Shown: in pieces, positions 10,645 to 24,500 of the stretch | Layout of the letters: each line of letters begins with the position of its first letter | Numbering within the stretch: position 1 is the stretch's first letter | Source: Blasia pusilla | Taxonomy: Eukaryota | NCBI GenBank assembly: GCA_050084515.1 | Contig: CM114271.1 | Coordinates: 6,572,001 to 6,636,000, forward strand | DNA length: 64,000 nt | Direction of reading: 5' to 3' | Position numbers and translations under genes: made by a program | Notes under the pieces: generated by a model | Database searches by the model: none | The model's input: the letters and a program-made list of their open reading frames with translations, nothing else | What the model was told of the DNA's origin: nothing

Positions 10645-13600
10645 AACCTCCCTCTATCTGCCCCCCTCCTTGTATCCTGAAGGGTTTTCCATCAAAGTTT
10701 TCCAATAAAGTTTTATATTTCTCACTCGTTCTCCAAAGTGTCCAGACTATGTCTTTGGTTCGGAAGCCCGAACCAAAGCCATGCGAGTGCAAGCGTGTTA
10801 AGGCCGCCAGCAGGATCGACGGATCGGAAGCCCCGAGCCAAAGCCATGCGAGTCCCCACTCCCCTGGCTTTGAAACATTTGCTCGGAACGTTCCAAGCCG
10901 TGTGGAAGTCGCAGCTTTTGAAGCTTTTCTACGGGACACTGGGATTCATTAAAAGCAACAGCGTTTGCAGAATCTTTGACATCCGGAGCCCAGCGCGCAC
11001 GATCGGCTGCGGCTGACCGGCAAGTGCAATTCCGCGTCGGGATTGAATTCCACCCGCATTCCGACGAATCTGAGCCGTCGACTGAGCGTCGGGACTCGGG
11101 GAGTTCCGCCGATCACTACTTTTTTGAAAGACCTTCATGAAGAAGATGCACTTCGATAAAAACGAGTGATGGAAAACCCATCGGAAATACAAAAGAGGGG
11201 GATTCAAAGAGTCAAAACCTGAAGGCCACAACAGGACCAGAAAAGGAAGAAGGGGGCATTCCCCTCTTTAACGACGAAACTCACCAACAGCAGAGACAAT
11301 ATCAGCAACAACAAGAGAGCTATGACTACTACTAAGTGGGCCTCTCACTACTTTTACCGCTTCATCCGGTGATCGATCGCTCGCTTGCCGCGAAAAAGCC
11401 CCCGAATCCCATTCACCTCCGTCGACGGTGCGCTGATCCGATCCGAACTTGTGAAGTGCCCAACAACTTCCGAAGTGGACTGAGTCTTGCGGTACCACTG
11501 TCCATCGCCCGATCCGCATGCTCTCATGAGGACTCGGTACGACCTCGGCGCATCCGACTCGCGATGCAACGTCTCCACCTCAATGTTGTCGGTCTAGTTC
11601 GTTTTGTGCTTCGTGTTCGCATTTCCCGAGCGAAGGACGATGACTGACATTTCCGCTCTCGAGATGGGCTCATCTCGACAGAGGAAATGCCAGCCATCGA
11701 GCTGATGGGGCCACGATTTCCATGGACTCGGTTGAGCACGCCTCATGTCGGACAATCGCGTTCAAAGGACGTTGGAAAATGTAGGTGCAACTGGAGAGAA
11801 GCGAAGTGAGTCCACTTCAGGAGAATTCGTAACTTGGCTGAAGTGAGCGAGGGGAGAGCTTGAGATGAGGACGTGAGTGCGTCGTCTCAGATGGCACCAC
11901 ATGCAGACGTAGTCTCTTGCCGTATATTTGGGATCCCGGGTCTTAGATTGAACCACATGCGTACGTGAGTATACATCCTATATCGCTGGATATTAGAGCG
12001 TTCCAAAGGGTCTCCCGTGAGTCCCCCCCATAGTAAAGGACGTGTGGTGCATCGCCCAAAGTTGCCCCGTTACGGCGGTCGTCGTGACCGTCGAATAAGG
12101 AGGAAGGCTGCGTTCATTTAATAGTCATGAATTTTAATTTTCTGATGGTTGAAGTCATAGTTGAGCTCCTCGACTTGCAAAATTGACCCCGAATTTGTTA
12201 TGTTGTCCCGTGCTTTCGGTGGTCTGGTCTCGTTTCGAGTCACCTAATCGCGCTATGTCTTCATGATGGACATCTTCTTGTCCCTCTAGCCATAGCATGT
12301 ATGGGGTTCTAGAAAAAGGGTTTGGCTCGTTTCTTACATTCTTTGTGGTTCTCCATAGTTTTGCAAGGTACCCAACCTAATCTACTTTTAGCTGGCTCAT
12401 GTAGTGGAACTAGAGCCCTTCTTAATGTTAATCATGTCTTAGATGGAGTTGATATCCTTTATGTCGTTGGGTGCATTTAACCCTCATGAGGTACCCCTTT
12501 CCTTTTCTTGGGCCTTTACATACTCTACTCTTTCATCCCCTCTCCTGTATTTCAGAAAATTCCTCTTTTATCCTTCCATTCCATTTCTTTAAATGGAATG
12601 AGCTCATAGCTCCATGTCTCCTAGTTCATATATCGGACAGAAACTCACGGTTCCATTCAATGAAAGGGCATAATCAGTTCCATTCAATGAAAGGGCATAA
12701 TCGTTGACAATGAAAGGGCACAATCGTTGACCGTTACGGAAGAATTTCAAAATTTCTGTTTCAATTTCTCAAACACCCGAATAGACAAGGTCTCCTTTGT
12801 ATTAGTATCAAAATAACTGTTACAATTTTTTTTAACTTCAAAATATACCGTCTACCGGAAGTGTACAGGTACTCCCAAGAGAACTACGCGGACCATGGTC
12901 TCCTAGTCCATAGAGCTCAAGGAGCAACGGCGGCAGCAAAGAAGACCCATATTTATACTTGACTTCATGATGGACATCGATTTGTCCCCCTAGCCATTGA
13001 GATGTACGGGGCTAGGGGGGGAGGTTTGACTCATTACTTACAGATTACACCCATCATCTCCAATCAAGAAATGGGTTGTCCTTAGCTACTGCAATTCTTA
13101 TTGTAGGTAACGGGTCTCCATAGGTTTGTAGCATGCCCAAGCAAATGGGCTTTTGGGGCGGGCTCAAGAGGTTGAAGACACCAATTCTAGAGGCCCACTT
13201 AGTGGTAGCCATAGTTCTCTAGGTGTTGCTGATATTGTCTCTCCCGTTTGTGAGTTTGGTCGATAGGGGGGAAGGCCCCCTTCTATCTTTTCAAGGCTAT
13301 TATTGGCCCTCGGGTTTTTGGCTCTCTATGCGCCCCTCCCTTTGTATTTGTGATGGGTTTTCCATCAAGCGTTTTATCAAAGTTTACCTTCCTCTTGAAG
13401 AAGGCTTCGTCCATTGATGGCAACAAGAAGAAATTCTTCGAAAAGGTTCTTCTCGCGGCGCCTTTATGCACATTCCAGCTAGCCATGAAGAGCAAAGCAC
13501 AACGTAGAAGAAGGTTTTCCACATCTCCTTCCCTTAGGTGGGGGGGTTCAACTTTGATGAGCAAAGCACACCATAGAAAAAACTTCTCCAGGTCTTCTTC

Positions 13601-13700
13601 CCTGGGACGTGGGGGGAGTTCAACTTTGTTGAATAGATGCCTATTAGCCAAAGACACACGTGGGGTCTTGGAAGATGAGTCATGCATGACTCATCATCAA
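10645..13700 (-). mobile_element. Degenerate retroelement-like internal/3' region
   Basis: The minus-strand purine tract GGAGGGGGGCAGATAGAGGGAGG (~10647-10669) resembles the PPT at 60698-60708. Also CpG-rich stop-interrupted ORFs and several internal direct/tandem repeats. No recognisable domain. Confidence 0.3.
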
Positions 13701-15156
13701 ATATCAATGTAAGAAGAACATTGATTTCAACATCAAATCGGGCTACTTATCATGCTAGAGAGATGGTGAGTACTGAAATGGATCCAAGTCATAAAACAAG
13801 CATATACCCATGCACATATGGAACCATCCACGGAGGAGTTTCAAATTTTGTGAAAGGGAGTAAATGTAAACAACAAGAAGGTGATGGATTTGAAGAATGA
13901 GGCAAAGTCTTCTACCAACAATGAGAGGGAAATCAATATTTCTGCATTTGGCACTTTGTTGATTAGATACAACTCTAAGCCCAATTTAGGAAACTGATAT
14001 ATTTAAAGAAAGATTCCAAGTGCTCACATATTACCATGCAAAATCAACATTTTGAGGGGTGCAACAACCAGACGTAGCAAAACATGCAATATTATCCATT
14101 AAAAAAATTTCTAGTCCAAACTTTATTGAATTCAACTTTTTTTTAGCACAATCATCAAGTAACTACGAGTGGCTGGGACTCTCCTTTAATAGCAGATATG
14201 AAGACCGTTCTATCAGCCATCCCTGACAGTTTGTGACAATCATAAGCCCAGTTTTGGAGAAACGACTTCAAATCGCCATGGCAGGCTAGTCATCGGTATT
14301 CTGCAAAGATCGAGAAAAAGCATTCAGAGCTCCCAAAACCTTCATAATCAGGCCACTAGATCAGTCTAATCTGAATTGAAGGACATCATTCCTCAGTATG
14401 GTGTAAACATAATCAAACGACTTGTCAATTTACTGGAGGACGTTCCATGTACCAGATGTAATCCCCATAAAACATCGAGCAAAAATTCATGCCAGCTGAC
14501 CTAATCTTCCTGCATAGGATAATGGGATACACTTTCGGTCAGGAAATCATCATTTAACCGCACTATCCCTTCATACACCTCATACATGGCAGAACTCCTA
14601 AACCTAAAACATCCAAATTATGAACCTGTCGCATGATCAAGCACCCCCGGACATCTTCAGAGTCTATTTTGGTTTTTCCAGAACGAAGTAAGTCAAGGTG
14701 CTCATTTCAATGGCTAGTATTGAATTCACAGATTGCGAAGAGTTTGTGAAAACCTGCTCCTCCGAAAAAAAAGAGCTTCCTTCTTCCTGCATCAGTCGAA
14801 GTCTAAAAACTTGATTCCACCGTGGTAGACCTTTTGTTGTTCATTTCACCATTCAATGTGGAGTAATTACACGATGTGGATTCTCCATCTTGACATACAA
14901 TATTTCCGCACTAGTTAGTGAGAAAAATATGAAGGTTGCTCAATAGATATGAATTGAGGTAGAAATTAATGTACATCCTAGTTAAACTCACCCTAAACCA
15001 TAGTTGACTCATACAATGGTTAAATCTGACCCATTGTATCAGTCTTTCCAGAAATCTCGATAGGTAGGGTTTAGGGTTTAGGGAATTGTCACTTCACCCA
15101 ACCTTGGAACACTGGTTGAGATTCTTTCAGGTCACTAAAATCACAAAAGAGCCTGC

Positions 15157-15628
15157 CGGAAATATTTTTGCTTGGAAGGGCCCATGAGCGGCAGAAGCAC
15201 GTGTAATAATAATTGCCCCTCCTGAAAGGATGATGTTTGACAGTCGCCCGTACGTTGGGCCACAATAGGGCGTTACCAGAGTGTCTGGTTGGTAGGGCAT
15301 CTAGGGTGACTGCAAACCCTCATCGCTGGAATTCTGTGGGTCCGCTTCCTTCCTTCTCATTCTTCTGTAATCAGTCTATGGTGACTTCGTCCCTGCGGTT
15401 GGGTAATTGGAATAGATACTTGGAAAGGATATCTATGAGACAGATAGGTGATCTTCCTGGAAAAAAGAGAACCTCCCGGGAAATTTTCGCGAAATCCTGA
15501 AAAACCGTCTTCACTACAAAACCCAACCATAAGAAAATCCAAGGCCGTTCGGAGAGGCTATGCCATGGTACATGATAAGGGGCCTCTCAAGTAACAATAT
15601 TTCCGTTGGGGGCCTATAAGCAATATCC
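15157..15628. mobile_element. Degraded MULE-type MITE/remnant
   Basis: Imperfect inverted repeat between 15157-15183 (CGGAAATATTTTTGCTTGGAAGGGCCC) and 15579-15605. Right end GGGGGCCTATAAGCAATATCC resembles the 7240 terminus GGGGGCCACTTAAGCAAATACC. Confidence 0.5.
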
Positions 15629-15878
15629 TGTTATATTTTAGGTTTCTTTTCGCACCCTTTCAGCGATTTATGAAGCCTGGTTTGTACTCTTTCCTAAAAC
15701 TTAGGAAAGAGTAAATTTTTAGGTTCACCACGGAGAGGTTAAGAAGCTGTTTGCGTTACTACGCGGTTCAAAACGAAGCTTGCACAACAAGGAGATATCA
15801 ATTATCGGACTAAAAGCACATGAGGCTTCAACGATTGTGCCAATGACAAGTTTTTACCAAGAATTTATGCGCACCTCT

Positions 15879-18800
15879 TCAGCCTGTGTCCGACTTCAGT
15901 TGTTGTTTCAAATTCTGCAAAGCACCTAATACTTCTGGATCCAAATTGTGCTCCAATAGTTTACCCTTGACGGAATATATGCTGCATTCCAAGTTCGTGA
16001 AAGCGAAATACCAGTTCTCAAAAATTTGAAATCATTCCACGACTGTCTCAACGTAGATCCTAGAAATGCCCACTTTAAAAACAGTCTAATCCCTTAGTTG
16101 TCTTATAAACGGTCGCCAAAAATGAATTCCTCATTCAAAACCTGCTCATCAGACAAAGAAGAAAATACAATTTGACGACAATTATAATACGCACCTATCA
16201 TCATGCATCAGCTCTTGTAACTCCTTCTTAGCATCCTTAATCTACCACATGAACTCCATTGCAGCTAAAAGAAATCAGAACCATCAGAAAATTGGCATTT
16301 GATCAAACACATCAACACAAAGCACGCAATAGATTTTAACACATCACATCCAAATCAAAACAAATAATGATCAGTCTTCTTTGTTGCCCAATTTTAACCA
16401 TCTACACATGGCATTGTGATTTACAAAATGGATTGAAGCAGTTCCTTTACACATGTATCAAACCCAAGTATAGACTGTCAACACCCACGAACAGAATTTA
16501 AAATACCATTCAAGAGAATTGCATTACTTCAAAAACATTGATTACCTCGGCAATGAGGACTTTGCAGTTCCAAATGTAAGCGCCCTACGAAAAATCCAAA
16601 CAATATAAGTTAGATACGTCTTATGAGAGTTGTAGACTACAATCGAGAGTATTTTATCTGACTAGAGAAAATTTCAACCTAAAATGCTATGATTTGCATT
16701 TTTCCCTTCCCAGTACTGAGCAGAAAGTGGAGAATAAAGATATCATACTGCTCCAAATGCTGCATGCTGGTGCATGGTATCAGATGATACTACCCAAACT
16801 TTGGGACAACCATCTGCAACCAGCATCGATACCTGCATCACAAGACACCTGAATTATGCCCAGCAAAACTCAGTCATAGCGACGAACGCTTGATACTCAA
16901 ACCCTGGCCAGTGTTCCCTTACGACTGAACATTTGCAAGACTTTGTTAGCTTCAAGCGTCATGATCACACAAAACCCCTATAGGACTTGCTATCCATCTG
17001 GAATGAACGATAAATGTATATCCAAAACAGATGGAAGCACTTGCCTCCCTCTCAATCCAGGAGTCAGCACAAGCCTCAACTGTGTACACCACATCTACGC
17101 TGCAATATTGCCAAACATAAATTATCAAGTTAAATACCAAGCAGGAAAATAGCAAACAAACATAAATAGGTAATTACATCTCAAGTAAGTTTTAGCACAT
17201 CCACATTTGGTGCACACATTTTACTTTAACCTTAATTTATCTCACATCCTATACACCTGAGCAATCATGTGAACTGAAGCCGCGAACCATAAGACTAGAA
17301 TTTTTCTGTCTACTCTTTCCAGTGACCCGAAACTGCTTTCCACCATTTCAAGAGGTTCGTACGTCTTTTAATGTCAGGTACTCCCAAAGACCAAAAGTGT
17401 TCGTTATCAGAAGTTTGTAACAACTTAAGATCCTGAAGATTAATCTTCAAGTCCGCAACAAACTGCAAAATTTCTTGTATGTCTCTTGCATTAATCTGCC
17501 TGTATTTCCAACTCGACACAATACATGTGCCATGCAATATGTGGGTTTGGAGAAATGTTACATTGTCTGGGTTCATACTGAGTTATGAAGTCATATCCAG
17601 ATGATTGCTTCTCATTTAAGAGCTTGGTCCAAAACTCACTCATTCTAATACAGTCCGGTAATTTTCTGGAAAAAGCCCACGATCTCCTTCTTTTTTTGAA
17701 GGTACATGAACGTTCATACTCACTTTTGCAAGGTCTCCTTCCGAGTGCTTAATCCTGACAATGTTGCATCAAACACAACCACCACTTTGACAGCTGCACA
17801 AGTCCAAGAAGCCATCAATCTACAATGTTTGTTAAACGGTACAGAGCTCAAAGAACAATTGAGAAGACATCATCTGATCCATCCCATTCTTTGCACAAAC
17901 TGCTGATTGAAAAAGCTTAGCACCTCTGTCATAGAGTCCTGCTCACTATAGTACCTTTAATGGCACTGAAACTGACTAGTTCATCCACCAGCTTTTGACG
18001 TGCAGTCTCCAGATCACCTTTAGAAAAATGTTTCTTCAGCTTAGGCCAGTACCCACACACATTGTATCCATCAACCAAAAGAACTGGCGTGGCCAACTCT
18101 ATTCCTGAATTTGTACTGTGTCGAAAACAAAAAAATACAAAGATTATCATCTCATACAAGATCGAAGCAGAAGAGCAAGAATCCATCTTATTCAACAACA
18201 GTTCTTCAGGTCATTTGTTCATGCAATTTAGAGTCCCTCAAAACCACAAGTCGATGGCTTGTCACTGACATCCATGATGCATCTGGCATAGAGAGTAACA
18301 AAGTATCTGGATTTAGCTTCGTTTTAAGAAACCTCGCAATCCACATGAAGCTGACACTTCTAAGCAAATAAATAAGTGAATGAATCTTTAAACAATAAAC
18401 AAATAAAGCATATTGTTACATTTTGCTGAAGAAAACCAGCATAGCTTACTTACTAGTACAGCTTCGTGGTAGGATCCTCATAACTGTCAACATCATCAGG
18501 TATATCACTCTTCTCCACCTTCTTCTTTCGGTAACTTGTTGCTGGCTTTGGTGAACTTGACTTTCTTTGCTCCCACTCCTGCTTATACATAAAGGCTGTC
18601 ATGTTATAGGCTGTACAACCCCTTCTGATTATTAGAAGGTAATCAGCTGCCCAGATAAAGTTCGGCAATTTCTATCTAAAGAAGATTCGAAATGTGCAAG
18701 TCCTTGGGACACATGTACCTTCACAAGCTTCACATACTGCAAATTCTGTTTGACATTCGATGTAATCCTGCGAGGAGGCTGTTCCGGATTCTGTAATTGA

Positions 18801-19243
18801 AAGAGTTTTAGACCTAAAGGCAAGCAGTCCAAACATACACAGACACCAGCAACAATCGCTGATCAAGACTCTCCAACTATGCAATCTCATTCTGCTAGAC
18901 CTCTAAGGTACTGATGACTTGTAACTCTCGCAGTCTTGCCGACATTTATCGGCAAGGCTTTCTCACTCATGCTCCCTAAATTTCTACAACACAGAAGCAC
19001 AAAGACATCCCCAAACAACCTAGAGGAATATGCCATAGTCCCAAAAAGCCATATGAACTTCAACCTCCGAACAGATTGGGGTTGCTCACTAAACGAAAAC
19101 GTGAAAATACTAACCTGGGACTTTTGGCCCGATGCAAGCACACAGGAGGAGCATGTAGGTGATTTGTAGATCACCGTGATCATAACCGGCACTGTAAAAG
19201 CCATGAACTCTGCCCTAGTAAATAACGAAGAGAACCCCCTCAT
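15879..19243 (-). CDS. YacP/Rae1-like NYN (PIN-fold) domain protein, plant organellar type
   Basis: Exons (minus): 19243-19115 (tentative first), 18790-18719, 18578-18454, 18115-17955, 17793-17724, 17099-17045, 16832-16749, 16584-16546, 16241-16195, 15981-15879. Spliced protein contains PRRITSNVKQNL, PVLLVDGYNVCGYW, VKVVVVFDA, CADSWIERE, PKVWVVSSD and GKLLEHNLDPEV. Exon phases are consistent. N-terminus uncertain. Confidence 0.9.
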
Positions 19244-21549
19244 TGATTACATTGGTGGTCACCAGTTGACATTCATTCTACCGGTGAGAAATCGTTGAAA
19301 GTTCACATTAAGCAGAAAGTTTTCTCCCACAGCATGGCAACAGACTATGCATTGTTTCTGATGCTCCTCAGACATGCCACAGCAGGCATACCTAGTGCAT
19401 AACGAGACGAAATTTTCAGAAACCGAAAGTTTATTTGTTTACGTGGATATGTACAAAACGAGAGAAACGATCAGAGACATCAATTTGCGCATGTATCAAG
19501 CTACGTGGCATTCTGGATTACTTTAATACGAAGATGCATTTAAAAAAACTCATAGTGATCAAATGCACTGAAAACTTTCAGAACACAGTAGAACACGAAC
19601 GACATTTGAACAAAACAAGTTCGAAAGTCCGGCTTATCCACATTTCTTGTAGTCTTAGTCGGCCATTGTCATAAGAACTGGCCGTCAGTCCATTTTCGAA
19701 TCATAAAACTTTACGATGCAACCAGAGAGAAGTTTTTACAAACGCCGTTTTCAAGGATGCATTCAAGAGTGCAGCCTATGTCGGGGAATCGATAACCAGG
19801 GCAAAAGGAAGTTTACTTCAAACAAATGGCCTTGAGATACCGCTACAGATTGCTGCCGAGTCGCATGTCATCAAAGCCGTACTCAGAACACACCGCGTTA
19901 TGACGACGACGTCAGTGACCGTAGACGAGCTAAAATGACCGGTGATCACTAGCTTAATAGCTGCAAAAATCCCTCTAAAAGGGAAAAATTCACAATGGAG
20001 GCGGATTTGCATTGCATTTCAGGAGGCACGGGCACGGGCCATTTCCACTCGCCGCCCGAAAACTTCCCAATGACCAAAAATTGAATTAGCTTTACCACAC
20101 CGCACCATTGACGAAAGCCTAACAATATCGATAAGAAACTGCACGACATGCAGTACCGCCCAGACTTTCCAAGGCCACGAAATTCCCACGGAGCAGCTGA
20201 TACATATGAAGATAGAACCATATTACTTCTAGTTCTTGGATCGTATACCCCGAATCGTAATGATAATGCCAAAATCTCAACGCTAGGGAAATCTCAAAGA
20301 TGATTCAATCAACCAGCTGCTGAGATTCCCAGAGAAATCCGGTAATCATCCTCCCACGGAAAGTCTCCTTACAGTAAAGTTCTCCAGCAAAATAAGTCGA
20401 TAACTATACCAACCACAAGAATTTTCAGTCTCTGTACCCAGATTCATGGTAGGAAACCCTTCTCGGTTTGGTACATGCGAATTTATATGATTGAAAACTT
20501 ACGTCCGCTCTTCATCTGTTGAAACAAATGATGAATTACAATTGAAATAATCTTCTCACGTTGGGACATGCTGTCCGAGAGGTCGTTTTACGGATATGGA
20601 CCATGTAACTTACCCGCTGAAAAATATTTCGCTTCATAATGCCGACAGCTTCCCTCCGATTCTAATCAGATGGATGAATTCACCGTTCGAGTCTATCGTA
20701 TTTGCGAGTCTCTGTACCCTCGAAAAAGATCTTCAAAATTTCCCGTCATTAGAACCTCATTGCACATTGCATACGCTCACTTCCACCATGACAATGCGAG
20801 TGAATTGTCAAGATAGGCAGGTGAAATAGAAACACCAAATCTTCCAGTCACGCAACCTGCGGGTGCAATCGGCATACATGTACGTGTACCTCCAAAGCGA
20901 ACGCAAAGTCTCACCACTCGACCATGATTCAGTCCTGCCGCTCAAACCTCATGATAACGATGCGAGTGATGAAATCACGAGAGGTAGCCAAACGCCGGAC
21001 ATCAAATCTGCAGAAGGAATTGCCATTAACATGAACCCGAGCTCTTTGGCACGCTCTCCATCACTCGACGACTCACTCTTGGATGCACCAGCGATCAGAG
21101 CTCTCACCCGCCGCGCCTCTCGGTTTTTCATTACAAGAACCTGTGGAGTGAGAACAAAGGATGCCCTTCAGGCGAAACGTTCTTCTAATCCCCAATGATG
21201 CTCTTTATTAGAGACACAATTCTGAGATGAGAACATGGCCCAACTGGACCATTGTCTGGTACACCGGCGTAGAGCCATCCGAGAGCCTCACCCAGCCCCA
21301 CCACTTAACTGCTTCTTACAAGAACTTCTGGAATAAGAACGGGGAGAGCTTCACCTCCTTAATGCTCCTTACAAGAATTTATGGACGGAGAGCGCTATCC
21401 GTTGGAGAGATATATTTTTATGAAATCAAATTTATTCTTGATATTATTTTTCCCCCTCCCTCTAGGCTATATGTGTCCTCCATTTGATTTATTTTTTCTC
21501 TCTCCCACCCGTCTCAAAGAGTTGCTTTTAATTTAATATTCTATCACGT

Positions 21550-24500
21550 GAACCGTTTGTGAAACTAGAGTTTACATTTACCCATAAGTCCACATAATTT
21601 CAAACTTCTTGTTGCTCTTGCAATTCACATCAATAAATTTTGAATTATCACATAATTGAATGATTTAATTTTGAGTGATTTTATTGGTTGAGATGGTGAA
21701 TAGTGTTGTTGGTTGAAAGGGACTAGTGTCAAGAAGAGAAGAATTTGAATATTTCAAGAACACTCTCTCTTAATAATTTTAAATGATAAAATTAACAAAT
21801 TAATCACTAGTATTCCAAGTTAATTTGTATAACAATACACCAACTTAAAGATGATGAATAGGATTTAGGATTTATGAACATATCCTACATAATTACAAAG
21901 AGGAAAAACCCATGTTGATTCTTTCATAACAAAAATTATTTTATCCATCATGATGTGTGAATGTGAGATTTGGATCCCACCGCTTATATTTCTTTTATAT
22001 ATTTTAGCATAATATCATAATAATAGGAGGGTATTGATTAAAATCCTTAATATAGAAGGAGAGAAGAGAGGCAAGAGAAGGATTTTTTTTAAAGTTTGAA
22101 ACAAAATAATTTGGATTTAAGCTCATGTGGAATTTCAATCCTAATCTTGAATGTGGAGAAATTTCACAATCAATTTTCAAGATCTTCTGGGATGTTTTTA
22201 GAATCTACGCAACTAACCACTTAGAATATGCCTAAGGGTTATTTTAACTACTTGGTAGAACTGGTTGAGATATCTCTAATTCTACAAATATTTTATTATT
22301 TTGATGTTCTTCGCTCTTGTTGTTATAATTTTAGTAGAGGAAAGTATATTGAGAGAAGAAGAGTTGTGCAATTTGCTCTTTCTATGGTAATTTTGACTTA
22401 TTCTTCATACAATCGATCAATTTTGACGAATTTAATATTTCTTTCTTTGTTATCGTGGTCTATGTTCTAATTGGATCAATGATAAGCCTAAGGAAATTAT
22501 GTATAAATATAATTAGCCTTGATGGACCTTTCCCCAATGGAAAGTACAAAGAAGAAGCGGAATTAGCAAAATTATAATATTTGGTAGTTTCAAGAAATAT
22601 GGCTTCTCATGGGGAAAGATCTATGAGAGCTTATCATAGATGATGAGGCTAATCTAGGAGTTCACATGGTAAAACTAGGCATTTATGCTTGAAAAAAATG
22701 CTTTATAAATAATCCACTACGTCCTAATAACAATCAAATTGTCTATGATTGGTCACATTCAAGATGTTGATACTTCCAGATGAGCTTAGAAGGAGACTTA
22801 GAATATGTTAGAGAAAATTATTCAAAAGATCTATAAAGGCTAGGAAGTTTCATTTGAAACAAAAATTAAATATAGTGAGGAAAGGATGACATAATATTAA
22901 TGATTCTAATTTGAGTATTAGACATATTTTTGATTAATTGATTTATATGAAATAACTATTCAAGACGATGATGTGATTTTTTTGACTTTTCAAGGTCTTT
23001 CAAAACAATCTTATTTCTTTAATTAATACCTCTATCCCTATGAGAGAGAAATATAATTTATTTTAACAATTAATTAATTTAGCTCGTAAGGAAATGCATC
23101 TAGTAGGTATTGATAACTCATTTGGTACGTAAGAGAGTGTCATATTTGCAAATATTGGATAAAAAAGAGTCATGGCTAGGATTGTAATAGTGTATTTTGT
23201 GGTCATAGTGGATGTCAAGATTATTGTAATGACCCTAATAACCAATATATGATTGGTAGTGGAAAAGGTCAAATGGAATAAATGCTAGGATCGATAACTA
23301 TTTAAAATCCAATACCAATAGAAAGTCTTTCCAACTCACTAGTAGAAGGTATAATATGAATGTCTAGGATTTTACAAACCAACGAGAAGGTTGGGAGCAA
23401 GTAATAAGACAGTCTACTTGATCTAACTAAGGACATGAAATCAAGGAATTGGGATATGTCCCTTGAAAGTTGGTAGTTTGGGATGCTACGGGAGCATTTG
23501 AGCAAGATGACCATGGATATTATAATCAAATTGTATTTGAAGAGCATTGTGAAAATTTTTATGATGATGATGCATCTATGAAAAAATGATATATAACCAC
23601 CTATTTTGTGTGAGTTCAAAATCTAGTAGTTCATATGCCCAATAAGCGTGACTTTCACTCAATATTAAATATTAACGACCATTTTCTCTTATAGATTCGT
23701 ATGGTATGAGCAAACTACATCTACATGTCAACAAAACTAAATTGAGGGTTCTAAGTTTGAGAAACCTACAAGAAGGATATTTGTTCACAATCCTAGAAGA
23801 TTTTTTCTATTTTTTCTTTGCTCTCTTTTCCATTCTTAGACTTGAAATTTTATTTATCGTATGTGATATGGGAAATCAATTTCATTCATTAAGAATATTC
23901 TTTTTGGTCGCAATGGATATATTCAAAATAATTTGTGGATTTTTTCTAACGGGGATACATTTAGTGAGACGAAACTTACTAGTTTTATGATAAGGACCAC
24001 AAAAGAAGAAAAAAATGTTGATTATGAAATTGTATTCTATAGTTCTTAAAAGAATATGGTCAAATTCAACCAAATGAAGGAAGAGAGTTTTAGTTCTTAC
24101 CAAGAGAAATCACATGCTAGAAATATTATTCTTGAGGAGTTATGGACTTATATTCATGATTTCCTTCAAACTCACATGAGACATTAATATAGAATATGAT
24201 TCAAAATTTTCCACAAAATAATGGATTGAATTGAATTTTTAATGTCACTTATGTCACACTCGAGAGAGAGTAAGAAGAGGGTTAAGTAGGAAAAATATGT
24301 TGCGGAAATTGTGTATCACTTTGTCCATAATCCAGAACTGTCATGCACCTATTATCTTGCATGTTAATTTTATGTGTCATGGAAGCTTGTGTTCAACAAT
24401 TCATTCTCTCGTTATGGATCTACATCCAAACACACTCATATTAATTACGCTTACGGTCAATCAACCTTATGTCTTCCAAGTTCGACCAATTTAAGGGAAA

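Noticed and set aside
15066-15083. TTTAGGG repeats (also CCCTAAA at ~6722-6740)
   Set aside because: Only 2-3 units; telobox-like or TE-associated, not evidence of a telomere or fusion site.
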